DNA of 64,000 nt from Camelus ferus (Eukaryota), in assembly GCF_009834535.1 (NCBI RefSeq), contig NC_045697.1, forward strand, positions 78,432,001-78,496,000. The letters are read 5' to 3'. Below are positions 1 through 12,790 of the stretch, piece after piece. The notes beneath the pieces were generated by a model. It ran no database searches. It was not told the origin of the DNA and saw only the letters and a program-made list of their open reading frames with translations. The translations under genes were made by a program, and so were the position numbers. How positions within the stretch are numbered: the stretch's first letter is position 1; every line of letters begins with the position of its first letter.

Positions 1-499
1 AAAATAACAAATTTGATAGAGAATTTGTGTACTGTCAGAGGGTAATGAATTAAAGCATTTATAAAACACTGCCCAATAAATATTTGTTTAAACAAATATA
101 CAACATAGTAATAATCTCATTTGACTGATATCACTGGAGAATGAATCTTTTAGATGATTGAAATTCACCTCCAAATGTAGTGTTATAACTTTAAATGAGT
201 TAATTCATTATAAAAATGATTACTATAAATGAAAAATACACAGAATGTGATTATTTAGTTTCCCCTGAAAACCCCAAGTTTTGTTCTTCAGTGACTAAGA
301 GGCTAAAAGCCGGTGCAGACATATTACAACAAAAGTGGAGGGAATTCGTTTCTTCTCAAGATGTTACTCCTTAAGAATGATTTAAGGTACACTACAGCTT
401 AAAATATCTGAAATGGAAGAGGCTATTGAAAACTGGGGGCTAGTGGGAATCCAAAAGAAAGCATTTATTTATTCAGATTAAGCAAGAGATTGGAGTAAA

Positions 500-1980
500 T
501 CATTCACTTATTCATTTACTGTTTATTATTGAATGGACACTCTCTACTCTGGGCTCTGTGTTGGGCCTTTGGATTAAATAGTGAGGCAAAACCGTTACAG
601 TTTCTGTCCTGAGTCAGTCTACATGCTTGTGGAAGACAGACAATCAAACACTCACATTACCATGTAAAATTGCAACCAGGACAAATACTTAAAAAAAGAA
701 GGAGGAGAAGGAGGAGGAGGAGGAGGAGAAGAAGAAGAAGAGTGATATTATACTGTATGGGGATTTGATCTTTTCAGAGAAGTCAAATAAGCTTTTTCTT
801 AAGAAAGTGACATGAATTCAGATCCGAAATTTAAATAGGAATTAGGTAGGTAAAGAGGGATGGAAATGTGCCAGTCTGAGGGAACAGCATAAACAAAAGC
901 ACTGTGACAGAACAAACGCTGGTGAATATACATGAGCCAAAAGCCAGTATGACTGGAGCAAGAAGAAGAGAGGTAATAATGGTTCCGGATAAGACAGGGA
1001 AAGGCTAACAATTCAGACCATGTGAGTCCTTGTAGATCATGCTGAGCTGTGACTACATATGAGCAACGGGAAAATATTGGAGAATTTTAAGCAAGAGGAT
1101 GATATAAGTTGATTTACTTCTAGAAGAGATTGCTTTGGTTACTTTATGGAGAATGGGTGGGGAGGGCGCCAGAATAGATGGAGGAAGACAAATTAGTAGA
1201 AGTAAACAGATTAGTAGGATAAAGCAACAGAGGTGAGATGAGATGATGAAAGCTTGGCGTAAGGTGGTGGTGGGGGGACCAAGGACATGGAAAGAGACGA
1301 AAAATATTTAGTAGGTAAAATTGACAAATTGTATTGAATTGAAGGAGAGTGAGATATCAGAAAATAATCTTAGTTTTTTGGCTGGTATAACTGGACAGAT
1401 GATTAGGTTGTTCTTTGGTTAGAGAAACGAGGCAATGGAAAGATCATGAGTATAGTTTTGGTTGTATTGAATTTGTGATGCTTTTGAGGTAGTCAAGAAA
1501 AGATGTTAATTGATCAGAACAACCTATAAATCAAAAGCTCAGAGGAGGAGACTGACCTGGAGTTAAATTTCAAAAATCATCTCTATATAGTTGAATGAGA
1601 CCATTTGGGAGGATAGTATAGGATGAGAGGTAGAGATGGGTTAGATCCTAGGCTCAAAGCAGCCTACAGACATGCAATAGACAAACAGAGGAGGATGAGT
1701 CTGGCAAGGAGGAGAATTCAGAGAGGTAGGTAGAAAACAGGGGAGGTTTATATCTCAAAAGCTAAGGAAAAAACCTATTTTAAGAAGGACATGGTCAACC
1801 ATGTAGAATACTGCTGAAAGTTGAAATGTGATGAGGATTGAAAAATGTGGAGGCCGCTTATAGTTTTTAAAAGATGGTTTGAAGCCAGAGTGAAATAGAC
1901 TCAGAATGGAGATGTAGGTTAAAAATTGGAGAGAGTAGAGCTAACTCTTCTAGAAACTTGTCAGTAAAAGGGATAAAATT
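500..1980 (-). mobile_element. L2 LINE 3' portion
   Basis: CATTCA-type L2 terminus followed by the characteristic purine-rich L2 body. Confidence 0.8.
697..740. repeat. (GGA)n(GAA)n trinucleotide repeat
   Basis: Read directly. Confidence 0.9.
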
Positions 1981-3499
1981 ATGAGGAAGAACATATATGT
2001 GGACAAAAGTAAAGAATTGTTTTTAATTTGTAAAAAGCATCAATTGATGTAAAAGTTTTAAGACACACGTTGCTCTTGGAGCTCTCCTAGGAAATACCTG
2101 CAAATCAGTGGGGAGGAGAAGCGGAGTGAAGATTCCAAAGTTTCATGATGCCTCTGGGGAACGCTGGCAATTATTAAGATCATTTAAGTTTCAAAGATAA
2201 GCTAATCTTACAGTTAGCATGGCTAAGTTTACTAGAAAACTGATGATTAATACCTTTTAGCTGAATCCTTTAAAAGACAGGATTCATTTGAATGGAAATG
2301 TACGTAAAATGTCCTGTATAATATCCTGATTCTCAAATGCAGTGCACTGGTCATGATTTCACTCTACTTCATGACTTGAAATTACTATGATCACTAATCA
2401 TTCAATGTGTTACAGTATAGTGGTTTCCTTCGGGTTTATTATTAATTTGTTGGCCTCTCTGCTATATATCTCCATTTAACTTTTTAAAACTTTGTAGTTC
2501 TTTTTTTAAAAGACTGCCTCTCTTCTGTGGCTATAAAGAATCACCTGTTCACTTTTTACTATAATCAGCAATTTCTAATTTCTTCTATACAAGATATTAC
2601 ACCTTTCTAGACGTTAAAATGGTGTGTAACATACAGGTAAAGTCAGAGAGAGAGAGAGAAAGAGAGAGATTAAGGCTTTTTCTAATGAGTAATATTCATT
2701 ACATAAGGTTCATGAGCTAAATATTTTTATTTACTTTTACTTCCTTTGAGGCCTTTATTACTTTCCAGTCTCTTCTGTTTTGCTTGAAAATGTGGGCATG
2801 TTTCTCACTCTATTTGTATTTTTATTGATTATCACCTTTGGCATGTGTAAGGTCTTAAAAGTAGTTGCTGAGTTGAATTGTCATAAAAAGAAAGGTATGT
2901 TTTTGTGTTGTTTTTGTTTTGGCTAAGTATTCATACCTAAAGGTTTGTTTTCCTATATCTAGATAGGTAAAGCACAACCTGTATTTTGTTTTCACTGTAA
3001 AATTGTGCCAGTAACATGTAACTAGGGAACACGAGGAAATTTCTTGGCTCGTATATCAGAATAGGTCAGGCTTCCACAGGTAAGTCAGGCTTCAGGGGAA
3101 GGAGAGAATGTAAACTTCATGAGGGCAGGGATTTTTGTTTTGTGGAATTTTTTTTTTTTTTGTCAGTATGTATTTATCAACTGTGTCCTGGTTTGTAACA
3201 CAATTGACAAGGAATGGAATGGATGTTGCAGAGACAATCAAAACACTCATTTACTTTCCTCCTAAGGTTAAAATGAGGATTAAAGGAAATACTGCACACA
3301 GATTGCCCAGTTAAGTGCCTTTTGTACAGTGAACACTGTATAAATGCTGATGATTATTATTGCTATGATGATCAAGTCTGTATGTTTATCACATCTAAAT
3401 GTACTTGACAAAAATAAGCATAGTGGGGCAAAAAAAAGCAAAACTAGACTTATTACACAATTTCAACTTTGTTATACTTTATTTTATAACCATCAAAAA

Positions 3500-4440
3500 G
3501 TTTACTTAAGGGAATTGAAGAAAGAGAGTTCTCTTGAAGACCCTGCTATCATGGATGAAGAGGATAAGGAAAAAGCACAAATGAAGTGTGTACTAGTGGT
3601 ACAGGAAGGCGAGTTTTGGATTTATGGAGCTTGATTTGTCTAAACAGATGTCCTCATCATGGAAGTTATTGTAGTCTCCACTTAACCAGATGGGATACCA
3701 AACTCCCTGTTGTGTTCAGAACTGGCAGGGCTCATTAAGTTGGCTTTAAATTGGGTATTAAAGGAGGATCTTTTGCTTAGCCCAAATAATCTCAACATGC
3801 ACAATGGAGAGAAGAGGGACTTCTACAAGCGGAGATGAAATATGAGATAAGTGATAAGTAATATTAACATACTGGACTTAATTGTCTATAAGTAACTACA
3901 AAGTAAATGGCAAATTAAAAAGATTAACTGGAAATGTTTCTAAATGATGGAGAATATGACCTATTAAGCATAATAAAAATAAAAAGATAACATTTTCTTA
4001 AGAAGAATGCCAAAGCTGGTAGGTGAAATAGACTTTACAAAGAAGACTAAGGGGAAATTAAACCTGAGGAAGAAGAATTGTGTATAAGGTCCCCAAAATA
4101 GAAGAAGGTACCTTGGTATTTAATAATGGTAATGCCAGGTAAAGTCTTCTGATAAGAGATACAAAAGATGAAAACAGAAAGCTGTGGTTGGCACATGCTC
4201 AGACACAGGTGGCGGGCATTTCAATCTTTTAGTTCTTAAATCTCCTGGATCAGGGACTATTTCAGACTTTTTCAAATAGAAAGTATTACAATATCAAATG
4301 TATAATATTTATATATGTTGATTCATGTAATAATCAACAAATATATCAGTTATGGGCCGAGAGCAATGAACTATTAGTGGAGATGGTATTGGTAATAGTG
4401 AAATTATATTCTTTGGAAATAATAAAACCTAAAAAGGTAC
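3500..4440 (+). mobile_element. CR1/L3 LINE fragment (ORF1 esterase end into ORF2 start)
   Basis: WYRKASFGFME..LHLTR..ELAGLIKLALN resembles the CR1 ORF1 C-terminus; GEYDLLSI resembles the EN region. Confidence 0.7.
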
Positions 4441-5968
4441 TGGACTTATTTTACTAAACAACACTACTTTACTTTGTTGTACTTATTTTACTTAACAAGT
4501 TTTGCAGGTGATATATGCAGACAGTTAACAAATTTAGTGAAGAAACAATGGGCTATTGGATGTTACCTACATGATATGTGATTATAAGGAATAAACTACA
4601 TTGATTAACTGAGTCTGAATCTCCAGAGATTGTGAGAGGCAGCAGATCCATTATGTTTATGACTGAAAAAGAATATCAAATATGAACAGTAGCTATTTTA
4701 ATATATTGGTATTGAGCACAGGTTTCAAATTTATTTAAGGGTGTGTAACCTCGGGCACATTACTAGTCTCTCTACACCTCATTGTTCTATTCTAGACAAC
4801 AGGGGCACTGCTTACCTGGTGTTCTGGGAGATAAAATAATGCTTTGCAGCTCTAGCATAGTGCTCGGCCCATAATGGGAACTAAAAATAATGACAGCTAA
4901 AAACTGAAGTTTAATTTCACAATTATCAAAATTAATCAGACCAAATTTTATTCTGGAAATGTGAAACTAGATAGAGAGAAACAATACAATAATAATTTCT
5001 GTTTTCACATGCTATTAATTTTGCCAATATTAACTAATTAATAAAGCTAGTCTCTTCTGACAAAGGAAAGAGAGAAGTGAAACTCAGGGAAGATAAATCA
5101 CTTGTCCCAAATCACAAGACATGTGAGAATTGTTCTGGAACAATGCGTGGAAGTTTCCAAGTATTAGTTTTGTGAACTTCTATGCCCTTTATGGATCTTG
5201 ATAAATATTCTTTAAAAAAATATTTAGTAGTTGAATATAAAGAATTATACTCCTAAAGAAGTGTGGAAATCTATTTTAAACATTTTAAAAATACATATTT
5301 CTTAAACTCATAATTCAGGAATGGAGAACTTTAATTTCCTTTAGCTTTAAGACAAGGGCCTTAATATATTTAAAACAGTTATGGTAATGTGTATCCAAAG
5401 CATCTTCTTACTAAATTTTGGGGGAGGATACCCTAGTAACACAATCAAGGAATTCAGTTCACAGCAAAAGTAATAAAATGATATCTCTTGGCTTTAGTTC
5501 CAAAAATAAGCTCCAGCAACTTGTTTCTAAACTCTTTTCTATATTCACACTATGATTACTAAGTATCTATTATGAATCAGGTACCATGCTAGCCTTTGGA
5601 TACATAATAATGAGCCCAAACAGATCAAGTCTTCCTGGATCAGATTATAGAGTCCCTTCTAAAATTACCATTCCAAAATTACTCTCCCAAGTATGGCTTT
5701 TTCACTATTGCTTTCCCCCTTTCTTTCTGAGTCTTCCTACCCCCTCTTCATATCTCCTAATATGGACACAAAGTCTCCTTGCAAAATCCTAGCCATGAAA
5801 TGTTCCCATTTTATCATTTTTAAAATGCACCCAAATTATATTCTGACTTCTTAGTTTGACACCAAGTGCTTTCATGAACTTTGTCCATTCCCTCTCTAAA
5901 CTAATGTTCTTGGCTTCCATCCATGGCTCCCATGTTCTAATTACACTGAACTTCTCACTTCTCTACTG

Positions 5969-6859
5969 ACAAGCAATTCTCCAAGGAGGAAATACAAATG
6001 ATCAATAGATACATGAAAAAATGCTCAATATCACTAACTATCAGAGAAATGCAAATCAAAACTACCATGAGGTATCACCTCACACCAGTCAGAATGGCCA
6101 TCATTCAAAAGTTCACAAATGACAAATGCTGGAGAGGCTGTGGAGAACAGGGAACCTTCCTACACTGCTGGTGGGAATGCAGTTTGGTGCAGCCACTGTG
6201 GAAAACAGTAGGAATAGATTTACCAAATGATCCAGGAATCCTGCTCCTGGGCATATATCCAGAAGGAACCCTACTTCAAAAAGACACCTGTACCCCAGTG
6301 TTCATAGCAGCACTATTTACAATAGCCAAGACATGGAAACAGCCTAAATGTCCATCAACAGATGACTGGATAAAGAAGATGTGGTGTGTTTATACAATGG
6401 AATACTATGCAGCTATAAAAATGACAACATAACACCATTTGCAGCAACATGGGTGTCCCTGGAGAATGTCATTCTAAGTGAAGTAAGCCAAAAAGAGAAA
6501 GAAAAATACCATATGAGATCACTCATATGTGGAATCTTAAAAAAAAAAAAAGAACAAAAATACAAAACAGAAACAGACTCATAGACATTGTGGTTGCCAA
6601 GGGGGCGGGAGTTGGGAAGGGGCAGACTGGGATTTCAAAATTTGTAGATACTGACAGGAATATGCAGAATAGATAAACACGATTATACCACATAGCACAG
6701 GGAAATATATACAAGATCTTGTGGTAGCTCACAGCGAAAAAAAAATGTGCCAATGAATATATGTATGTTCATGTATAACTGAAAAATTGTGCTCTACACT
6801 GGAATTTGACAGAATATTGTAAAATAACTATAACTCAATAAAAAAAAAGTTAAAAAAAA
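5969..6859 (+). mobile_element. 5'-truncated young L1
   Basis: ORF2 C-terminus ([22 protein letters not shown]), 3'UTR, AATAAA and A-tail. Small internal deletions; no TSD recognised. Confidence 0.97.
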
Positions 6860-8439
6860 TTTGCCCACATTGCCTCTGTCTGGATACAGCGTCCTTTTTT
6901 TTTTTTTTTTAATGACATGGCCATACTCAAGATTAAGTCATAGAATCGTCTTTAATTCTTCCTGAAATGACAGGTAGTTTCCTACTGTCTATGATACATT
7001 GCTAAACTATTTGTAAGACAGCAAACTGTAGAGAAGGTTTCAATCCCAGATTAAAGATCAACTTCTTTGTCACTTCTAATGATTCCCAAATTTGCCTAAA
7101 TCACAAAAATTTTATGAGAACTAAGCTTCTTACGACTAGTGCTTTCCTGGTATCTTCATTTCTTCCCATGTTTAAACATTTCTATAAGAAAGCAAAGGTA
7201 ATTTACAAATAAAGAGTCAAACATGTATCAAACGCCACTGAACACACAAAGATTATAAGACTACATAAATGGAATGTTTAGCCTCCTGAGTCACTGATAG
7301 CCTTGGTATGACTGGTTCACTTGGATACTTAAAAGGCAACTTGAGGTTGCCAGAGTAAAATAAACAAAAAAGTCAAATTATTGTAAAAGTTGAACGAATG
7401 GACATTGAGGACAGCCTCCAGTGATGAAAAGAGCTTTCACTCATACCATGTAAGGGAGATTTTGCTAACGACTTCATGTTTTGCACACAATCCGCTGAGG
7501 TAGTTCTCAGTAACGATACACCTTACAGAGGAGTGAGCTCATCGTGCCCTCAGTCACACAGCTGTTTGGTGACACTACTAGGTTACAAGCCCTGGCCTTT
7601 TTGGTTACAAGACCATTTGTACTTATTCCCTTCCTAGGTAGTGTTGACTATTCCCTTTCCTGTGCCTGGTCAGTCTGCTATCATAGTTACCGAATTGTTT
7701 CACATTTGATGATCAGTAGACACTAGACTGCAGACTCTTCCAGGGTAGTTCCAAATCTAAAGGCATTTGGTAGCTCCAAAGTCTTGCTGACAACTCCATC
7801 ATGAGTGTTGAATAGATAAATGAATGGGTGAATGAACTAAATAACTGTAAGCGTGTGTACAATAAAAATGATTGTACATAGAGCCAGAGGGTTGCTCTTT
7901 TTCAACAATTTACAGACATTTCATGGACAGCTAACTTGGAGTATTTTTCTGTTATTCTTCTATAGGGAATATAAACCTAATTCTACAGTTTAAAGTGGGA
8001 TTTAAATAGGGCAGCATCTGCTCTCTTTTTCCATGAAAAGCGATAATTTATAAAAACAAATGGGACAATGCAGGGATGTACTTAGATTGTCAGGCTAAAG
8101 ATGCCTCTCATCTCAGTGCCCTCTCTCTTGCTGATCGTACTGGGGACTGTTTGGAGGGAAGCAAAGATCTTCTCCTCCCAACTGTTGATTTCAAAGGGCT
8201 TAGAAAAGCATTTCCATATTCCACTTCTGAATCTGTTCTGTACACCTAACTTTAAAATTTTTAAAGTCACCGAACCCATGTGTATTTAGCACCTGTAATC
8301 ATATAATGAAATACAGAACTTTGTATATTTACCACCCAATATATAATAGACTTCTGTTAGCATCACCACAAACCCTTTCAAGACTGAAGGAGTTCTTTCT
8401 TTTCCTGCCATTCAGGACTTTATTACCTGTTAGTTTTTA

Positions 8440-8691
8440 TCATTTTTTTCTTTTTTTTTAATTGAAGTATAGTCAGTTTACAATGTTGCATCAATTTCTG
8501 GTGTACAGCATGATGTTTCAGTCATACGTATACATACATATATTCCTTTCCATATTCCTTTTCATTATAAGTTACTACATGATATTAAATATAGTTCCCT
8601 GTGCTATGCAGTAGAAACTTGTTGTATCTATTTTATATTCAGTAGTTAGTATCTGCAAATCTTGAACTCCCAGTTGGATAAATTGGGAGTT
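8440..8691 (-). mobile_element. Older L1 3'UTR fragment with a tiny terminal inversion
   Basis: TTGAAGTATAG..TTCCCTGTGCTAT L1 3' end; possible TSD AGTTTTTA at 8432-8439 and 8688-8695. Confidence 0.85.
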
Positions 8692-9229
8692 TTTAGCCTT
8701 CTTATACTCTCCATTTATTTAAAACTATAGGTGAAATTCCTAATTATATGCATGGAAGTATATTTAATCTCTATCATTTTAATTACCTTTATCTTATTCC
8801 CTTCTGCCTTTCTTAGAAGCAGTAGCAAAAGATCCATGCGTTATTCTAGACCACTGGTGTTTAAAATGCTACCTATGTTCATTCTGAGACACGAAGATAG
8901 CCATCCACACTGTGACCAAGTCAGTATTGTCTGTGAATCACAATAAAGTCTGTGATATAAAAACACAAGCTAGGGATAAGTTATTTTGTTCAATTGTGTT
9001 TGTGTAACAAAGTTCCAACAAAATACAGTATCTATCCACATTTCTGGGATGAGTCAAGACTGTAGAAGGCCCAAAGGAACACTTTCTACTTATCAACTAT
9101 TGTTAACATGCTAACTATTATCTCTTGTGGTCACTTTGCCACTAAAAAATTGTTCTAGAAGAAGCATAATTTTGGACTCTCTTTCTCCTGTGAGTTAGTC
9201 ATCTGATCCTTCTGATCATTGCTGGAGGC

Positions 9230-12070
9230 TTCGGTCAGGCACAACACGAGGATTGCTGCCACTACTGATTTTGTTAACGTTGCTCTTTAAGTTGTAGCCA
9301 GTGTGAGATGCAATTCTGTCTGTCCTCTTCGGTACTAGAGAAATAGTATTCTGTGTAGGTGTATTGTCGTGGGTAAAATGGACACCTCAAAAGAATAAAC
9401 TAGAAAGCCCAAAATAAATGTAAATATACGTACAATTTTAGAAGTGTATGAAGATGGTCTCTCAAAAAATTGGCAAGTTTTATTAACCACTCAATAAATG
9501 ATATTGAGAAAACAGGATAACTATTGCTTAAAAATAAAGTGATAGCCATAATTCTAACAAAATACCAAAGTTAGTATGAACTGAATTAATACTGATGTGC
9601 ATAAAATGAAACCACAAATTATGGAAAGAAAATACACTTTCTCTATTACATTGGAGGAAGAATGTCTAAGCATGCATTAGCCATAAAGGGAAAACATTAA
9701 TAAATTTGCCCAAATAAAATTAATCTATTAATTTTACAAGTCAAATATACCATGCTCTGAGTTAATAACATATATAATAAATAAGGGTTGATAGTCTTAC
9801 CCTTAGAGTGCTTTTATGAAATTAATAAATACTTTAATAGAAAAATAAGAAAAAAATTCGAGGATGAATATCACAAAGAAAAAATATAAGCAGAAAATTT
9901 AAGAAATTAAACTATATTAGTATTCAAAGAAATGCAAATAGAAATATCACCAACACAATATTTTATGTATTAAATTAGAAATAAGATATTCATAAAGAAA
10001 AAAGCCTTAATCTTCAATTAAATTTTTGTATGTGTAAGGTAGAGATCAAGATTTTCTGTTTTCTTATGAATATCCTATTGCTTCAGTGCTATATATTGAA
10101 AAAAATTGTTTTCTCTTTGAATGGTGATGACACTTTTGTCACAGGTCAAGTAGATGCTTATGAACTAGTTTACATTTTGGTTCTTTGTTCTATTATCTTG
10201 GTTTATTTATCTACCTTTATACCAATATCACACTTACATAATCATTATGGATCTATCATGACTCTTGAAATTGTACAGTTTGTTTTAAAGATTGGATTAT
10301 CTATTCTAAATCCCTGGCATTTCCAAATATTAAAATTAGTTTATCTATTCTAACAAAAATTTCTGCTATGATTTTTATATTTGTTTTATTGAATCTAAAT
10401 CAAAAAATCTAAATCAACTTTGGAAAATCAGTACATCAACAATAGTGGATGTTCAAATCCAATTAAAATGTTATATATAATTCTCCATTATTTAGATCAT
10501 CTTTAATTTGACCAATATTTTTTAGTGTTTATTGTAAAGGCATTCATATTCTTCTTTACCTTTACTTATTTGATATTTTTGATACTTTTTTTAATTGGCA
10601 TTGTCTTTTAAATTTCAATTTCAAAAACTTTATTTTGTATACAGAATTTTTTTTCCATTTTTCTATATTTTCCAGAGACCTTGCTAAGAGCTGCATTCTA
10701 CTTTAATATATGTATAAATTGATTCAGATATTCTGTCTATAAAATATGATCTTTTCATTAAAATTAATAACTTCTACCACCTAAAGACATTACTAAAAAA
10801 AAATAAAAGACAAGCCACAAACTAGGAAAAGGTATTTCACAATCTGATAAAGTCCTTTATTCACATTGCATGAGAAAAATCCTACAAGTCAGTAAGGAAA
10901 AGGCAACCTAATTTAAAATGGGCAAAGATTTGAATTTACAAAAAGATTACAAAGTGGCTAAAAAAACATATTTTTAAAAGTGCTTCATGCCATTACTTAT
11001 CAGACAAATGCTAATTGAAAACGCAATGAGATATATACCCATCAGAATGATTAAAATAAAAAAAGAAATTGATGATCTCAATTGTCAGTAGAGATGCTAG
11101 AATTCTTAAACCTTGCTGATGAGAATATGAATTATTTTAAGCCTTTTGGAAAACCGTAGTATCTACCAAAGCTAAATATATGCCTACCCTAATGAAAAAG
11201 CAATTTCACTCATAGATGAATTAAAAGAAAACATGAGCGTGTAGGTCCACCGAATGATACATACATGATTGTGACAGCAGCTTTATTCTTAACATTCTCA
11301 AACTGGGAATAATCTGAAGGTCCAAAATAAGAAAACAGATAAACAAATTGAAGTATGTTCATATAGTGGAGTAGTATATAAAAAAGAAACTACTGGTACA
11401 CAGCAGGATGATTCTCAAAAACATTGCACTGGGGGCAAGAAGACATACACAAAAAACCATATATTGCATGTTTTCCTTTATTTCAAGTTCAAGAAGAAAC
11501 AAATTTTAAAAAAAAAAATACCTAGTCTTACAGTTTTAGAAGTCAGTTTAGAATTTACCTCTGAGTTGGGAGGTATTAACTGGAGAGAAGCAAGAGGAAT
11601 CCTTCTGGGGGGTTAGCAGTGTTCTATATATTAATCTGGGTTGTGGTTACGTAGGTGTATACATATGTAAAAATTCATGAGGCTGCACAGTTAAGATTTT
11701 GCAATTTACACAGTATAGATTGCATCTCAATTTAGAAAATTGACAACATGGAAATGGGAATCTTACATAAGGCTAGTAGAAATGGAATAATTATTATCTG
11801 GCTGAGAGCAATTTCAAAATATGATAAAAAAAATTTTTTTTTAAATGTCTGCACTCTGACCCAGTAAACTTTGCTTCTGGTGACTGATTTTAAGGGAAGA
11901 ATCTGACAAGTGGCAAAAATACGTATATAAGATGACAGTATCTTTTTTTACGATAGTGATGAAAGCAAGAAGGAAAAAGTCTACATGTCTAAATGTCTGA
12001 ATAATTACGATCTAGCCCCAAAATGAACCATTAGCCAGGTATTTAAAATTATAGTAGAGAAAACTTTTTA
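9230..12070. mobile_element. Cluster of ancient L1M fragments in both orientations
   Basis: Degenerate ORF2-like A-rich (+) and T-rich (-, ~10010-10750) blocks; L1MD/ME-type 3' end at ~11560-11735. Confidence 0.8.
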
Positions 12071-12723
12071 AAAATCTAATAGTTTTGGAGAGTTTATTAA
12101 GTGTTATGTATTTGTACTATGTGCTTAATATGGATTATACCATTTAATGTTTACTAGGAACTGATGGGTTGGGATAATTAAATCCCTTTTTACAGATGAA
12201 AGAATAGAGGCTTAGTAACTTGCTCACATACACACAGCTAGTAAGTGTCAGAGTTAACAAGGAAACACAGGTTTGTTTGAATCCAGAGCCAGATTTTAAT
12301 TAGTGTGATGCCGTTTTGGCTTGGAATGATGCTCGTAATCTATTGTTAAAAGAAGGGTTGACTAGCCAAACAGTATGAGTCGTAGCATGATTTCATATGC
12401 ATAAAAATGCACACACACATACACACGTGTGCATGTGTAAAGTAAAACCTTGTGATAAAGCGCCTGTGATTGGCAGTTGGTTACCAGACTCTCTGCTGTC
12501 CTTTCAGATAACTAGCTCTGCAGGTTCATTACCCTGTCTTTTCATTCATCTCACAATAAAATCTATCCACATTTTATATAACTAGAAATTTTAGACCCCA
12601 TTTGTAGTGTATGGTAGAGTTTTAATGTGTAAATACACATATGTGGGCAAATAAATATATTTGGTAAACACACATCAAGCTGCTGATTCTGCTTCTTTTT
12701 CTGGGTTGGGATTACAGATGATT

Positions 12724-12737
12724 TATATATATATGTG

Positions 12738-12777
<40 letters not shown>

Positions 12778-12790
12778 TACACACACACAC
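12724..12790. repeat. (TA)n/(CA)n microsatellite
   Basis: Read directly. Confidence 0.95.

Noticed and set aside
7496..7505. TGAGGTAG let-7-like seed
   Set aside because: Only 8 nt match; the rest of let-7 and its precursor are absent.
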